Positions 18,757 to 28,915 are shown, counted from the stretch's first letter. The stretch is DNA of 64,000 nt from an uncultured Actinomycetes bacterium (GCA_903873715.1 CAIQPS010000094.1:40-64039), one strand, 5' to 3'. Notes: generated from the sequence alone by a model not told the origin. Numbers and translations are program-made.

Positions 18757-20064
18757 ATGAGGGCCAACCTTGTAAGCCCGTCATCTTCACAGTTGTCGTA
18801 CGCCATCCGCGAGATCGTCGCGTTCGGTGAGGTCGTCCGCCGCCACGGCGTGGATGTCACCTGGGAGAACATCGGAGACCCCATAGCCAAGGGCGAGAAG
18901 GTCGTCCCCTGGATCCGCGACATCGTGCACGAGGTCGTCGAGCTCGAGGACTCCTGGGGCTACTGCCCCACCGAGGGCTTCATGGCCGCCCGCGAGGCGC
19001 TGGCCGAGCATGTCAACAACCGGTCTGGCGCCCGGGTGGAACCCAAGGACATCATCTTCTTCAACGGCGTCGCGGATGCGGTGGCCAAGGTCTACGGCTT
19101 CCTGAGCGCCCACGCTCGGGTGATCGGCCCGTCGCCGGCGTACAGCACTCATTCCTCGGCCGAGTCGGCGCACTGCGCCCTGCCGCACATCACCTACGAC
19201 CTCGACCCCGAGAACGGCTGGATGCCCGACATCGCCGACCTGCGGCGCAAGATCGAGAGCTATCCGTCCATCGCCGGGATCCTGATCATCAACCCCAACA
19301 ACCCCACCGGCGCCGTCTACCCGCCCGAGATCCTCGAGCAGATCGTGGCGCTGGCCCGGGAGTTCGGGCTGTTCATCATCGCGGACGAGATCTACATCCA
19401 CATGGTTTTCCCGGGCTGCAACACGGTGCATCTCTCCGAGATAGCCACCGATGTGCCGGCCCTGGTCATGCGCGGCATCTCCAAGGAACTGCCCTGGCCG
19501 GGGTCGCGCTGCGGCTGGCTGGAAGTGCTCAACCGCGACTGCGACCAGAACTTCTCAGCCTACGTGGACACAGTCGTGGCGGCCAAGCGCCTCGAGGTGT
19601 GCTCCACCAGCGGCCCGCAGCTGACCGTGCCCCGTATCTTCGGCGACCCGCGCTACAGCGGCCACCTGGAGCAGCGCGCGGCCATGTTCGCCGCCCGTGG
19701 GGAGGAGGCCTATCAGGCACTGAGCGCGGTCCCGGGTCTCAAGATCAACCGGGCCCAGGGCGCCTTCTACATGACGGCCGTGTTCGAGCCGGGCGTGCTG
19801 GACGGCGTCAACCGGCTGCCCGTCGCGAACCCGGAACTGAGCGACATCGTGGAGCGGCAGTGCGTGGGCGCGGCCCTCGACTACCGCTTCGTCTACCACC
19901 TGCTGGCCTCCACCGGCATCTGCGTGGTGCCGCTGAGCGGCTTCTGCTCGCCGCACCCGGGCTTCCGCTTCACCCTGCTGGAGACGGACGACGAGAAGCG
20001 GCGGTGGATCTTCAAGACGATGGCCGAGGCGGTCACGGCCTACATCGAGAGCGGCTCCAAGTAG
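18757..20064 (+). CDS. PLP-dependent aminotransferase class I (AlaA/AlaT-like)
   Basis: LSYAIREIV, ENIGDP, INPNNPTG, ADEIY, SKELPWPGSRCGW. Confidence 0.88.
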   Translation: MRANLVSPSSSQLSYAIREIVAFGEVVRRHGVDVTWENIGDPIAKGEKVVPWIRDIVHEVVELEDSWGYCPTEGFMAAREALAEHVNNRSGARVEPKDIIFFNGVADAVAKVYGFLSAHARVIGPSPAYSTHSSAESAHCALPHITYDLDPENGWMPDIADLRRKIESYPSIAGILIINPNNPTGAVYPPEILEQIVALAREFGLFIIADEIYIHMVFPGCNTVHLSEIATDVPALVMRGISKELPWPGSRCGWLEVLNRDCDQNFSAYVDTVVAAKRLEVCSTSGPQLTVPRIFGDPRYSGHLEQRAAMFAARGEEAYQALSAVPGLKINRAQGAFYMTAVFEPGVLDGVNRLPVANPELSDIVERQCVGAALDYRFVYHLLASTGICVVPLSGFCSPHPGFRFTLLETDDEKRRWIFKTMAEAVTAYIESGSK

Positions 20065-20101
20065 ACGGACGGGCCCGGCGGCGCGGCGCAGCCGGGCGGC
20101 C

Positions 20102-21361
20102 ATGAGTCTCCGGCCGGCGGGGTGCGGCATGAGGGTCTCTGATAGACCGGACTACAAGTACGCGGTGCTGGTGACGGCCGTCCTGGTCGTCTTCGGCGCG
20201 CTCGGCCTGTCGCAGTTCAGCTATCCGGCCATCCTGCCGGCCATGCAGGCAGGGCTGCACATCGACAACTCGCTCGCGGGGCTCATCGCCACGGCGAACC
20301 TGGCCGGCTACCTCATGATGGCCCTCGCGGCCGGCCCTCTGGCGTCGCGCTTCGGGCCCCGGGCGATCATCACGCTGGGGCTGCTCCTTGCCGCTTGCGG
20401 GATGGTGGTGACCGGTGTGGCGGACGGGTTCGCCGTCGCGGCCGCCGGGCGGTTCGTCACCGGGGTGGGGAGCGCGCTGGCCAGCGTGACGGCCCATCTG
20501 TTGCCCACCTACTGGTTCTCGGCGGAGCGGCGTGGGCTGGCCACCGGGGCGCTGCCTCTGGGTGCGTCGCTGGGGCTGGTGCTGTCCGGTCCGCTGGTAC
20601 CGCGCCTGGTGGCGAGCTACGGCGCTTCGGGGTGGCGGCTGGCGTGGTTCGTCCTGGCGGGGATCAGCGCACTCTTCGCCGTCCTCGCCTTCGCGGTGGT
20701 GCGCAAGCGGGGGCCGTCGCTCCAGCGGCATCTGGCGGCGGCGAAGACCGCGGCGCAGCGCGCCGCCGATCGTCGGGCGATCTACCTGTCACCCCGCATC
20801 TGGCATCTCAACGCTGTGTACTTCGCGTTCGGCTTCGCCTACACGACCTTCATGACCTTCTTCACCAAGCGGCTCATCGCGGATGGCGGATATTCGGCGG
20901 CGGGAGCTGGCCGGCTCTTCATGGTGATGGGCCTGGTGAGCATCGTGTGCGGCGTCCTGTGGGGCTCGATATCCGACCGGGTGGGGCGCCGGCGGGCCCT
21001 CATCATGATCTTCGGCCTGCAGACGGTGGCCTATCTGCTGTTCGGACTGTGGGCGGCGCCGGCGGGCTTCACGCTGTCGGCGGTGCTGTTCGGGCTGACC
21101 GCCTGGGCGACGCCGGCCATCATGGCGACCATCGCCGGCGAGATCGTCGGGACCACGCTGGCTCCGGTGGCCTTCGGCTTCCTGACCGCGTTCCAGGGTC
21201 TGGGGCAGGCGACCGGCCCGTTCGTCGCAGGCAGTCTGGCCGATGGGCTGTCCTCGTTCAGGGTGTCGTACCTGGTGGTGGCGGTGATGGTGTTCCTGGC
21301 GCTGGTGGGGGCCACGTTGCTGCCACGGCGGAGGCCCGGCCCGGCCGCGACCGGACGGTAG
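20102..21361 (+). CDS. MFS transporter (YbfB/YjiJ-like)
   Basis: ILPAM..AGLIATANLAGYL, SDRVGRR; about 12 TM. Confidence 0.85.
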   Translation: MSLRPAGCGMRVSDRPDYKYAVLVTAVLVVFGALGLSQFSYPAILPAMQAGLHIDNSLAGLIATANLAGYLMMALAAGPLASRFGPRAIITLGLLLAACGMVVTGVADGFAVAAAGRFVTGVGSALASVTAHLLPTYWFSAERRGLATGALPLGASLGLVLSGPLVPRLVASYGASGWRLAWFVLAGISALFAVLAFAVVRKRGPSLQRHLAAAKTAAQRAADRRAIYLSPRIWHLNAVYFAFGFAYTTFMTFFTKRLIADGGYSAAGAGRLFMVMGLVSIVCGVLWGSISDRVGRRRALIMIFGLQTVAYLLFGLWAAPAGFTLSAVLFGLTAWATPAIMATIAGEIVGTTLAPVAFGFLTAFQGLGQATGPFVAGSLADGLSSFRVSYLVVAVMVFLALVGATLLPRRRPGPAATGR

Positions 21362-21406
21362 CGCCGGCCCCTGGGCGCGTGGCTGCGGCGCCGCCGGGTG
21401 GCCTGC

Positions 21407-22297
21407 TCAGTAGCGGTAGAGCGCGTCACACTCCTCGCGCAGCACGCCGCCCACCACGTCCACCACCCGCGGCGACTTCTCCGCCATCTCCTTGGCGCTC
21501 ACCAGGATGCGGCTGCGGCCCATGGCCGCCGTGTCCGCGATGGACGAGCCGTACATGATGGTCGTGATGCCCGCCCAGACCGCCAGACCGCTGCACATCG
21601 GACAGGGCTCGCACGTGGACACGAGCAGGGCGCCGGTGAGGTCGGGGCTGCCCCATTCCTGGATGGCCGCGAGGATGGCCGAGTGTTCGGCGTGCAGGCT
21701 GGGGTCGCCTGCGGTCATGCCGGTGTCGTGCGCCCGGGAAAGCTCCCGGCCGCCCATGAGCACCACCGCCCCGTAACCCTTGTTGCCCTCCGCTTTCGCC
21801 ACCCGGGCCTCGGCGATGGCTGCGCGCATCGCCCCCTCCACGTCCACCCGCACGATCGTCTCCCGGCAGTGCGGACCATGCGGCCGGATCGCCTCGTAAT
21901 CGCGGACGAAGCGCAGCCGCGGGTCTAGGCGGCTGAGGAAGGTCTGCACCGGCCGCTCGGAGACCGCCCGGCACACCTCCCGGGTGTCCAGCCCCAGGAT
22001 GCGGCAGGCATCCAGCGTGGGGCACGGGTTCGCGGACAGCCAGACGATGCGGTCCTCGCCCTCTTCCACTACCTGCAACTGCTCGGGCGTGCGGCCCATG
22101 TAGTCGTAGAAGAACAGCTCGAAGGCCTGGCGCGGCGAGACCGGGGTGACCGGCAGCGCGTCGCCCTTGCGCGGCAGGTGGCCATGGGCGGTCAACCAGG
22201 CGAGGCGCCTCTCGTTCCGCCGCTGCTCGACCGGGCCGTAGTCGCCGGTCCGCAGATCGGCGATCTCGCGCTCCAGGGCTTCTTCGAAGGGGCTCAT
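21407..22297 (-). CDS. Nucleoside/nucleobase deaminase (TadA/GuaD-like) fused to an N-terminal Cys-rich domain
   Basis: C-terminal HAE...TCEPCPMC Zn motif; N-terminal NPCPTLDAC..VC..HCRE; ATGA-coupled to the VOC gene. Confidence 0.85.
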   Translation of the reverse strand: MSPFEEALEREIADLRTGDYGPVEQRRNERRLAWLTAHGHLPRKGDALPVTPVSPRQAFELFFYDYMGRTPEQLQVVEEGEDRIVWLSANPCPTLDACRILGLDTREVCRAVSERPVQTFLSRLDPRLRFVRDYEAIRPHGPHCRETIVRVDVEGAMRAAIAEARVAKAEGNKGYGAVVLMGGRELSRAHDTGMTAGDPSLHAEHSAILAAIQEWGSPDLTGALLVSTCEPCPMCSGLAVWAGITTIMYGSSIADTAAMGRSRILVSAKEMAEKSPRVVDVVGGVLREECDALYRY

Positions 22298-22803
22298 GGT
22301 CCGGCCTTCCCGGCCGCCGGGGCTTCGCCCGCGGCTGCCGTCTCGTCGACGCTCTCCACCAGCTCGACGCAGATCCCGTCGGGATCGCGGAAGTAGCACC
22401 AGCGCCATACCGGGCGGCCGGGGTCGCGGACGGTCCTCACCGACGTGTGGAAGCGGACCCCCGCTGCCTGCAGGCGGCGGTACTCGCGCTCGATGTCCCG
22501 GGTCAGGATGGCCAGGTGGCCGGAGCCGGCCACAGATGGGTCGCCATGATAGGGCCGCGACGCCGGGTCGACGTACTGGATGAACTCCACGCGCAGGCCG
22601 CCCAGCGCCATGTCGGCGATGAGGAGCTCGGCGGCGGCTTCCTCTTCAGGCGCAGCCGTGCCGAACAACGCCGTTCCCAGGTCGGCGCTCCGCCGGTGCT
22701 TGCGGCCCACCACGTCCATCCCCAGGACGTCCCGGTAGAACGCCACGGTCCGTTCCAGGTCGGTGACGGTGTAGCTCACATGGTGGACGCCGAGTATCGC
22801 CAC
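22294..22803 (-). CDS. VOC (glyoxalase/epimerase) family protein
   Basis: HHVSYTVTDLERTVAFY, VEFIQY, GHLA, YFRDPDGICVELVE; GGAGG RBS. Confidence 0.9.
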   Translation of the reverse strand: MAILGVHHVSYTVTDLERTVAFYRDVLGMDVVGRKHRRSADLGTALFGTAAPEEEAAAELLIADMALGGLRVEFIQYVDPASRPYHGDPSVAGSGHLAILTRDIEREYRRLQAAGVRFHTSVRTVRDPGRPVWRWCYFRDPDGICVELVESVDETAAAGEAPAAGKAGP

Positions 22804-22851
22804 GCGACGGACCTCCGGATAGGGACTGCGGACCTGATTCTACCGCTCGTC

Positions 22852-23247
22852 TCAGCGTATGCCGGAGTCGTAGTCCACTTTCAGCGAGGTGACGAGGCCG
22901 GGTGAGACGCCGAACTCCTGGGGTGCCGGCGCGCTCAGATTGCTGCCCACCTGCGGTACCAGCCTGTAGCGCCCGGACGGCAGCTCCACCTTGAAGTAGC
23001 CGTTGGCGTCCGAGGTCACGATGGTCACCGTCTTCCCGTCCGCCGCCCGCTCGATCTTGAGGGTGGCCGAGTAGGGTCTGTCGTTGACGACCCCGGGCTG
23101 CTCCACCGGCGACACCGGCCCTATGCGGACGTCGCCCTGCACCCAGCCGGGCGGCGCCGGTGCCTCGCCACAGCCCAGCAGCGCGGCACTCAGCAGCGCG
23201 AGTGCTGCGAGAGCCATCCCCACACATGCCGATCGAAGAGACTTCAT
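22852..23247 (-). CDS. Small lipoprotein, carboxypeptidase-regulatory-like beta-sandwich
   Basis: LLGC lipobox; TSDANGYFKVELPSGRY; YDSGIR end. Confidence 0.7.
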   Translation of the reverse strand: MKSLRSACVGMALAALALLSAALLGCGEAPAPPGWVQGDVRIGPVSPVEQPGVVNDRPYSATLKIERAADGKTVTIVTSDANGYFKVELPSGRYRLVPQVGSNLSAPAPQEFGVSPGLVTSLKVDYDSGIR

Positions 23248-23287
23248 GCTCTATCTTCCCCCCGTCTTGCCGGGTATCCTGGCCCGG

Positions 23288-24196
23288 ATGAACGATAGCA
23301 TCCGTAAGAACAGAGCCGCCGGTGTGGCCATCAGCGTCTCGGCCTACGTGGTCGCCCTGGTCGTCGCCGTCCTCGCGGTCCGGGCCACCGGACTGTCCGG
23401 CGCGCTCGTCCAGACCGCCCTCGGGACCCTCGTGGCCACCGTAGTCATCTTCGTCTTCTCGGTGGCGCTCGACAACTCCAGCATGTACGACCCGTATTGG
23501 AGCGTGCAGCCGGTGGCCATCGCCGGATACTACGTCTGGACCGGCTGGGGCGCCGTCGGCGGCCGCCTCATCCTGGTGACCGTCCTCATGGTGCTCTACT
23601 CCGTCCGCCTGACCGGCAACTTCTACCGCGACTGGCCGGGCCTCTCCAAGGAGGATTTCCGCTACGTCGGCTTCCGTCGCAGTTCAGGACGGTTCTACTG
23701 GCCGGTGAGTTTCCTGGGGATCCACCTGTTCCCGACCATCATGGTGTTCCTCGGCTGCCTGCCGGTGTACGCGGTGTCCCGCGAGGGCGGGGATGGGTTG
23801 GGCTGGCTCGACGCTCTCGGCGCCATCGTGGTGATGGGAGCCGTGGTCCTGGCCTTCGTCGCCGACGAGCAGATGCGGGCGTTCCGCGACGTGCCGGCCA
23901 ACCGGGGCCGCTCCATCCGCAGCGGTCTATGGGCGTACAGCCGCCATCCCAACTATCTCGGCGAGATCTCCACCTGGTGGGGGCTCTGGCTGATCGCGCT
24001 GGCGGCTTCGCCCGGCTACTGGTGGACCGTCGCCGGCGCTGCCGCGATAACGGTGATGTTCGTGTTCATCAGCGTCCCGATGATGGAGAAGCGGGCCCTC
24101 GCCACGAGGGAGGGCTATGCCGAGTACCGGGCCCGGACACCGATGCTCCTGCCCCGGCTGCGCAGCAAGTCTGAGGCAGCCGGCGCCGCGGACTGA
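23288..24196 (+). CDS. DUF1295 (steroid 5-alpha-reductase-like) membrane protein
   Basis: NSSMYDPYWS, EDFRY, ADEQM, GLWAYSRHPNYLGE. Confidence 0.88.
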   Translation: MNDSIRKNRAAGVAISVSAYVVALVVAVLAVRATGLSGALVQTALGTLVATVVIFVFSVALDNSSMYDPYWSVQPVAIAGYYVWTGWGAVGGRLILVTVLMVLYSVRLTGNFYRDWPGLSKEDFRYVGFRRSSGRFYWPVSFLGIHLFPTIMVFLGCLPVYAVSREGGDGLGWLDALGAIVVMGAVVLAFVADEQMRAFRDVPANRGRSIRSGLWAYSRHPNYLGEISTWWGLWLIALAASPGYWWTVAGAAAITVMFVFISVPMMEKRALATREGYAEYRARTPMLLPRLRSKSEAAGAAD

Positions 24197-24260
24197 CGCG
24201 CGGTGCGAGGCGGCGGCCCGCCTTCGCGTAGACGCATCCCGGGCCCAGCGGGGCCGCGGG

Positions 24261-24725
24261 CTACTTCTTCTCCCAGTCCTCTCCCACCTCGACCGTCGTC
24301 GCGTGCAGCGACTTGTTGATGTCGCGCACGAAGAAGAGCAGAGAGGCGATGAGGCACAGCATGCTTATGATGAAGAACGCCACCACCAGCCAGGCGATGG
24401 CGACGTGGAACAGCGCGGTGATGAACAGGGTGATGACCACGAGTGCGTCGAACAGCACGCAGATGCCGGCCAGGAGGATGGCCATCCGGATGAGCCGAGC
24501 CCTGTCCCCGAGGATCTTCAACTGGGTGTGAGCGGCCGCCTCCGCCTGCCCCTCCGCCGTCCGTGCCTGGTGGGCGAGCAGCCGGGACCGGTCGACCACG
24601 CGGCCCAGCCGGTTGGTCATGGTGAGGAGCAGAAGCCCGACCCCGGATATCACTACCACCGGGCCGACGGCGCTCTGCAGCGCGGGGAGCAGCTGGGATG
24701 TCTCCAGAGTGTCGAGCATGTTCAC
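24261..24725 (-). CDS. DUF2721 family membrane protein
   Basis: AVGPVVVISGVGLLLLTMTNRLGRVVDRSR; 3 TM; GTGA overlap with the upstream gene. Confidence 0.8.
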   Translation of the reverse strand: MNMLDTLETSQLLPALQSAVGPVVVISGVGLLLLTMTNRLGRVVDRSRLLAHQARTAEGQAEAAAHTQLKILGDRARLIRMAILLAGICVLFDALVVITLFITALFHVAIAWLVVAFFIISMLCLIASLLFFVRDINKSLHATTVEVGEDWEKK

Positions 24726-25240
24726 TCCACCAGGTCGAGGGCCTTTTTAACCCAGTAGTCCGTGGTCGAGGCCGCCCATTCCCGCACCTGGGTGACGGTG
24801 AGGCCGGTCTGCTGCGGCGCCGGCCGCGACTCGACCTGCATGCCGGGGTGGAGGGCCCACCAGTAGGCGGCCGAGCCGTCCACGGCCGGGTCCCAGTCGC
24901 CGCTGAGCTGGGCCGCCCACGCCTCGCGCTGGGCCCTCATGGCGTCCACCGCGTTCCCGACGATGAGCTGCAGGCGGGTCTCCGCCGGGTTGGTTATGGC
25001 CATGTTGTTGACCTCGGACATGGCGACGGTGAGGGTCTTGCCGAACGCGTCGTAGGCCGCCTCTCCACTGCCGGTAGCCGCCGCCTGGGCCTCGGCCAGG
25101 GCGGCCACGGTGACCGTACCGCCCTTGCCTGGGTCGATGATCCCCGCCTCCTTCTGGTAGCTCGACATGACGAGCGTGACCACGGCGATCAGGATGATCA
25201 CCACGGGGAGCAGGATCCAGCCTAGACGCTTCTTTTGCAT
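24722..25240 (-). CDS. Hypothetical membrane-anchored/exported protein
   Basis: Basic N-terminus plus hydrophobic helix; coupled to the DUF2721 gene. Confidence 0.65.
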   Translation of the reverse strand: MQKKRLGWILLPVVIILIAVVTLVMSSYQKEAGIIDPGKGGTVTVAALAEAQAAATGSGEAAYDAFGKTLTVAMSEVNNMAITNPAETRLQLIVGNAVDAMRAQREAWAAQLSGDWDPAVDGSAAYWWALHPGMQVESRPAPQQTGLTVTQVREWAASTTDYWVKKALDLVE

Positions 25241-25260
25241 ACGGTGCGATAATAGCCCTT

Positions 25261-25917
25261 ATGAGCGATTGGGAACTGGAATCTCCCGCAAATCAGGCTT
25301 CTTCGGAGCAGCGGTCCGCCGGGCGCACCGGCGGCGGTCCGGGGGCGCGGCGTACAGCGGGCTCCCCGCCGCCCGCGAGCCCGGGCGCTACCGCGCCTCA
25401 GACGCCGTCTCCCGCCCGAAAGCGGAAGCCGTTCCCCTTCGCCTGGCTGGGCATAGCGGCCATCGCGCTCCTCATCGGCCTGATGGCAGGGTTCTTCATC
25501 GGCCGGTCGCAGTCTTCGGAATCCACCACCGCGCTGCTCAGCGCGAACGCCCGCATGGCCGAACTACAGTCCGCCCTCACGCGTTCGGAAGACCGCAACG
25601 AGGCCTACTACCGGCAGATATCCGGCCTCAAGACCGAATTGGAGCAGGCCACGGCCTCCACCTCCACCACCATCGGCCCGAGCGGTCACCGCGACAGCTA
25701 CTCGGACGGCGTCTATCTGGTGGGCAAGGACATCCCCGCCGGCACCTACAAGGGCGTGGTCAACGGCGCTCTCGGCTATTGGGCGCGGCTCAAGGGGACC
25801 GACGGCTCGATCTCGTCGATCATCGAGAACGCCATCCCCAAGGGCCCGTTCGTCCTCACCCTCGCCTCGGCCGACATGGCCGTCGAACTGCGCGGGGTCA
25901 CGCTCACCCCGCAATGA
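25261..25917 (+). CDS. Hypothetical single-TM protein with coiled coil and C-terminal beta domain
   Basis: TM helix, coiled coil, DGVYLVGKDIPAGTY..YWARL motif seen in actinobacterial exported proteins. Confidence 0.7.
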   Translation: MSDWELESPANQASSEQRSAGRTGGGPGARRTAGSPPPASPGATAPQTPSPARKRKPFPFAWLGIAAIALLIGLMAGFFIGRSQSSESTTALLSANARMAELQSALTRSEDRNEAYYRQISGLKTELEQATASTSTTIGPSGHRDSYSDGVYLVGKDIPAGTYKGVVNGALGYWARLKGTDGSISSIIENAIPKGPFVLTLASADMAVELRGVTLTPQ

Positions 25918-25952
25918 CCCGCGCGCCCGGCCGCTGAGCAGCCGAGCCGGGG

Positions 25953-26312
25953 CTAGCGGCAGAAGCCTATCGTCGCGGCGTAGAACTTGGCGCCGAGCCC
26001 GCCCAGCAACTCTTTGACTTCCGCGTTCGGGTCGCCGAGCACGATCATCTCCTGCAGGGGCGAGATCGCCAGCATGTCGTGCAGCTTGGGGCCCAGGCCC
26101 TTGAAGTGCAGCAGGAAGTCCTCGGAGCTGCCGTAGTACTCGTTGAGATAGCAGCTGGTACCGGCCTCGTCGACGAACCACTCGTAGCCCAGCGTGGTGG
26201 GCTCGTTCTCTTCCACGCCGCAGGTGAGCGCTTCGGCCAACTTCTTGAACTCGTCGAGCTTGCCCGGCATGATGCCCTGGCGGACGATCAGACGTATCGA
26301 ACCAGCTGCCAT
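25953..26312 (-). CDS. ABM-like (putative quinol monooxygenase) protein
   Basis: PGKLDEFK..NEPTTLGYEWF..E.Y; GAAGGAG RBS. Confidence 0.75.
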   Translation of the reverse strand: MAAGSIRLIVRQGIMPGKLDEFKKLAEALTCGVEENEPTTLGYEWFVDEAGTSCYLNEYYGSSEDFLLHFKGLGPKLHDMLAISPLQEMIVLGDPNAEVKELLGGLGAKFYAATIGFCR

Positions 26313-26476
26313 CGGATGTCTCCTTCAGGTGTGTGGGACACGGCCGGCCAGCGCCGCTCGAAGCGGGCGGCCGGGGCTCTCCATGCTAGCAGCGTGGTGC
26401 GCCGGGGTCGAGAGGGGGTACACTTGCCGCGTGAATGGGCACGGTGGCCTGGGGTGAACGGAGCAGGGAGGACGGA

Positions 26477-27415
26477 GTGGCCGAGCTTATCGACATCGCG
26501 ATCGTGGGCGGGGGACCGGCGGGTCTGACCGCGGCTATCTACGGCGCGAGGGCGAAGATGAACACCGCCGTCTTCGAGACGGCCTTCCCCGGAGGCCAGA
26601 TCGTCTCCGCTTCGTGGGTCGAGAACTATCCCGGCTTCCCGGATGGGGTGAGCGGCGCCGATCTCGGCGACCTCTTCGCCAAGCAGGCCGAGAACGCCGG
26701 AGCCGTGTTCCACAACCTCTCCCCGGTCGAAGCCATCCGCCGGGAGGGCGACCACTTCGTGCTCACCGTCGGCAAGGACGAAGTCCCGTCCCGCGTGGTC
26801 ATCCTGGCCACCGGCGCCATCCCGAAGAAGCTGGGCATCCCCGGCGAGGCCGATTTCACCGGCCGCGGAGTGTCCTGGTGCGCCACCTGCGACGGCCCGC
26901 TCTATCGCGGCAAGACCGTTGCGGTCATCGGCGGCGGTGACTCCGCCACCCAGGAAGCCCTCTATCTCACCAAGATCGCGGACCAGGTGCACCTCATCCA
27001 CCGCCGGGAGGAGCTGCGGGCCACCCAGTGTCTGCAGGACGAGTGCTTCTTCCACCCGCAGATAGAGATGCACCTCAACTACAACATCCTCGAGATCACC
27101 GGCGAGAACGGCAAGGTCGCGGGCGTGCGCCTGCGTTCCAAGGCCGACGATACCGAGAAGCTCATCCCGGTCGACGGCGTGTTCGAGTTCGTCGGGGTGG
27201 ATGCCAAGAGCGAGCTTGTCAAAGACCTCTGCGACCTGGACGCGGCCGGCTTCGTGAAGGTCGACCTGAACGGCGCCACGTCGTGCCCCGGCCTCTATGC
27301 CGCCGGTGACGTCACCATATACGAGCTCAAACAGGTGGTCACCGCCTGCGCCCGCGGGGCGTTCGCGGCGTTCCATGCGGCCCACTGGCTGGAGACGCGC
27401 GGGCGCGGAGCCTGA
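26477..27415 (+). CDS. trxB: Thioredoxin-disulfide reductase
   Basis: GGGPAGLTA, ENYPGF, GVSWCATCDG, VIGGGDSA, AAGDV. Confidence 0.93.
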   Translation: MAELIDIAIVGGGPAGLTAAIYGARAKMNTAVFETAFPGGQIVSASWVENYPGFPDGVSGADLGDLFAKQAENAGAVFHNLSPVEAIRREGDHFVLTVGKDEVPSRVVILATGAIPKKLGIPGEADFTGRGVSWCATCDGPLYRGKTVAVIGGGDSATQEALYLTKIADQVHLIHRREELRATQCLQDECFFHPQIEMHLNYNILEITGENGKVAGVRLRSKADDTEKLIPVDGVFEFVGVDAKSELVKDLCDLDAAGFVKVDLNGATSCPGLYAAGDVTIYELKQVVTACARGAFAAFHAAHWLETRGRGA

Positions 27416-27514
27416 GCCACCCGGCCCGAGCGGCCGGTATAGCGGGACCTCCGGCGCCACCGGGCGGCGAAGCACATCCGACGGCGAAACGCGGCCGACG
27501 GCGCCGCTGCTACG

Positions 27515-28915
27515 CTACTTCGATCGCCCGCGGAGTTCCTCGGCGCACAGCTCGCTGATGTTCTTCACCTTGGCGGTGCTGCCCGCGCGCTTGAGGCCGT
27601 ACGACAGCTGCATCATGCATGACGGGCACTCGGTGGCCACGACTGTGGCGCCGGTGTCCTGGATGAAGCCGGTCTTCCGGTCGATGATGGCTCCGGACGT
27701 CTCCGGGTGCAGTATGCCGTAGGTGCCGGCGGCGCCGCAGCACGAATCCGACTCCATGGCTTCGCGGAACTCGTAGCCGTCGAGCGAGCGCAGGATCTGC
27801 CGGGGCTGGGCGGTGACGTTCTGATAGCGTTTGCCCAGGTGGCAGGACTCGTGGTAGGTGACGATGATCTTGGTGCCGGGGGCGCCGATGCCGCCCGCCG
27901 CTTCGCTGCCGGTTGCCGCCGCGCCGGCCGACAGCCCACCGGTCTCCTGGACGAACTCGCTGAAGCTGCGCATCTTGGCTTTGAGGGCTTCGGCGCGGGC
28001 GAGCCACTCGGGATCGTCGGCCAGAAGTTCCGCGTATTCCTTGAGATGTCCCGAGCAACTCCCGCACTCCGACACGATGGCGGTGAAGCGGTCGACGTCG
28101 CCGATGCGGCGCAGATTCTCCCGGGCGAGTTCTTTCGCGGCTTCGACGTCGCCGTACCCATAGGCGGCCAGGCCGCAGCAGCAGTTGTCGAGGGGCGCCA
28201 CCCTGTTGCCGAGCGCCTCGAGGACGTCGAGCGTGGCGATGCCCACCTCGGGCAGCACGTAGTTGTAGCCGCAGGAGATCCAGTAGCCCACGAGCGGGGC
28301 GTCCGCGGCGGGGGCCGTGCCTGCAGCGGCCTTGCCCCGCTTCTTGATGCGCGAGGTCAGCAGCGCTCCGGGCGTCCCCCCGCCCAGTTCCATGGCCCGC
28401 TGGATCTTCGGGTTGATCATCCCGATGACGCCGGTACGGCGCAGCAGGTCGGGGATGCCGGTGCGGCGCAGTGCCCAGACGGTCCGCACCAGTCCGCGCA
28501 TGAGCCTGGGACGGGGGAGCAGGTGATGGAACACCGCCCGCTGGATCATCCCTCTGCCGAAGCGGCCGGCGTACGCATGGCGGTACGACACCACCACTTT
28601 GTCGGTCTTCACCGCGGAGAAGCAGGCTTCGGTGCAGGCCCGGCAGAGCAGGCAGTTGTCGAAGGCGTCCTTGGTGTCGGGCTCCAGTTCGGTGCGGTCC
28701 TCCAGCATGTTGCGGAAGAGGGCCACCTTGCCCCGGGCCACGTTGGCCTCCCGCCCGGTCGCCCGGAAGATGGGGCACACCGGCTGGCAGAAGCCGCACT
28801 TGCCGCAGGTGATGACGTGGTCGTAGAGGGCCTGGAACTCCTCGGGCGCCGCGTTCTTGGTGGCGCCGCCCGCAACGGCCGGACCGCCCGCGCCGCGCTC
28901 GGTCACGGTGCTCAT
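27515..28915 (-). CDS. glcF: Glycolate/2-hydroxyacid oxidase Fe-S subunit (GlcF-like)
   Basis: CGKCGFCQPVCP, CLLCRACTEAC, two CCG domains. Confidence 0.85.
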   Translation of the reverse strand: MSTVTERGAGGPAVAGGATKNAAPEEFQALYDHVITCGKCGFCQPVCPIFRATGREANVARGKVALFRNMLEDRTELEPDTKDAFDNCLLCRACTEACFSAVKTDKVVVSYRHAYAGRFGRGMIQRAVFHHLLPRPRLMRGLVRTVWALRRTGIPDLLRRTGVIGMINPKIQRAMELGGGTPGALLTSRIKKRGKAAAGTAPAADAPLVGYWISCGYNYVLPEVGIATLDVLEALGNRVAPLDNCCCGLAAYGYGDVEAAKELARENLRRIGDVDRFTAIVSECGSCSGHLKEYAELLADDPEWLARAEALKAKMRSFSEFVQETGGLSAGAAATGSEAAGGIGAPGTKIIVTYHESCHLGKRYQNVTAQPRQILRSLDGYEFREAMESDSCCGAAGTYGILHPETSGAIIDRKTGFIQDTGATVVATECPSCMMQLSYGLKRAGSTAKVKNISELCAEELRGRSK

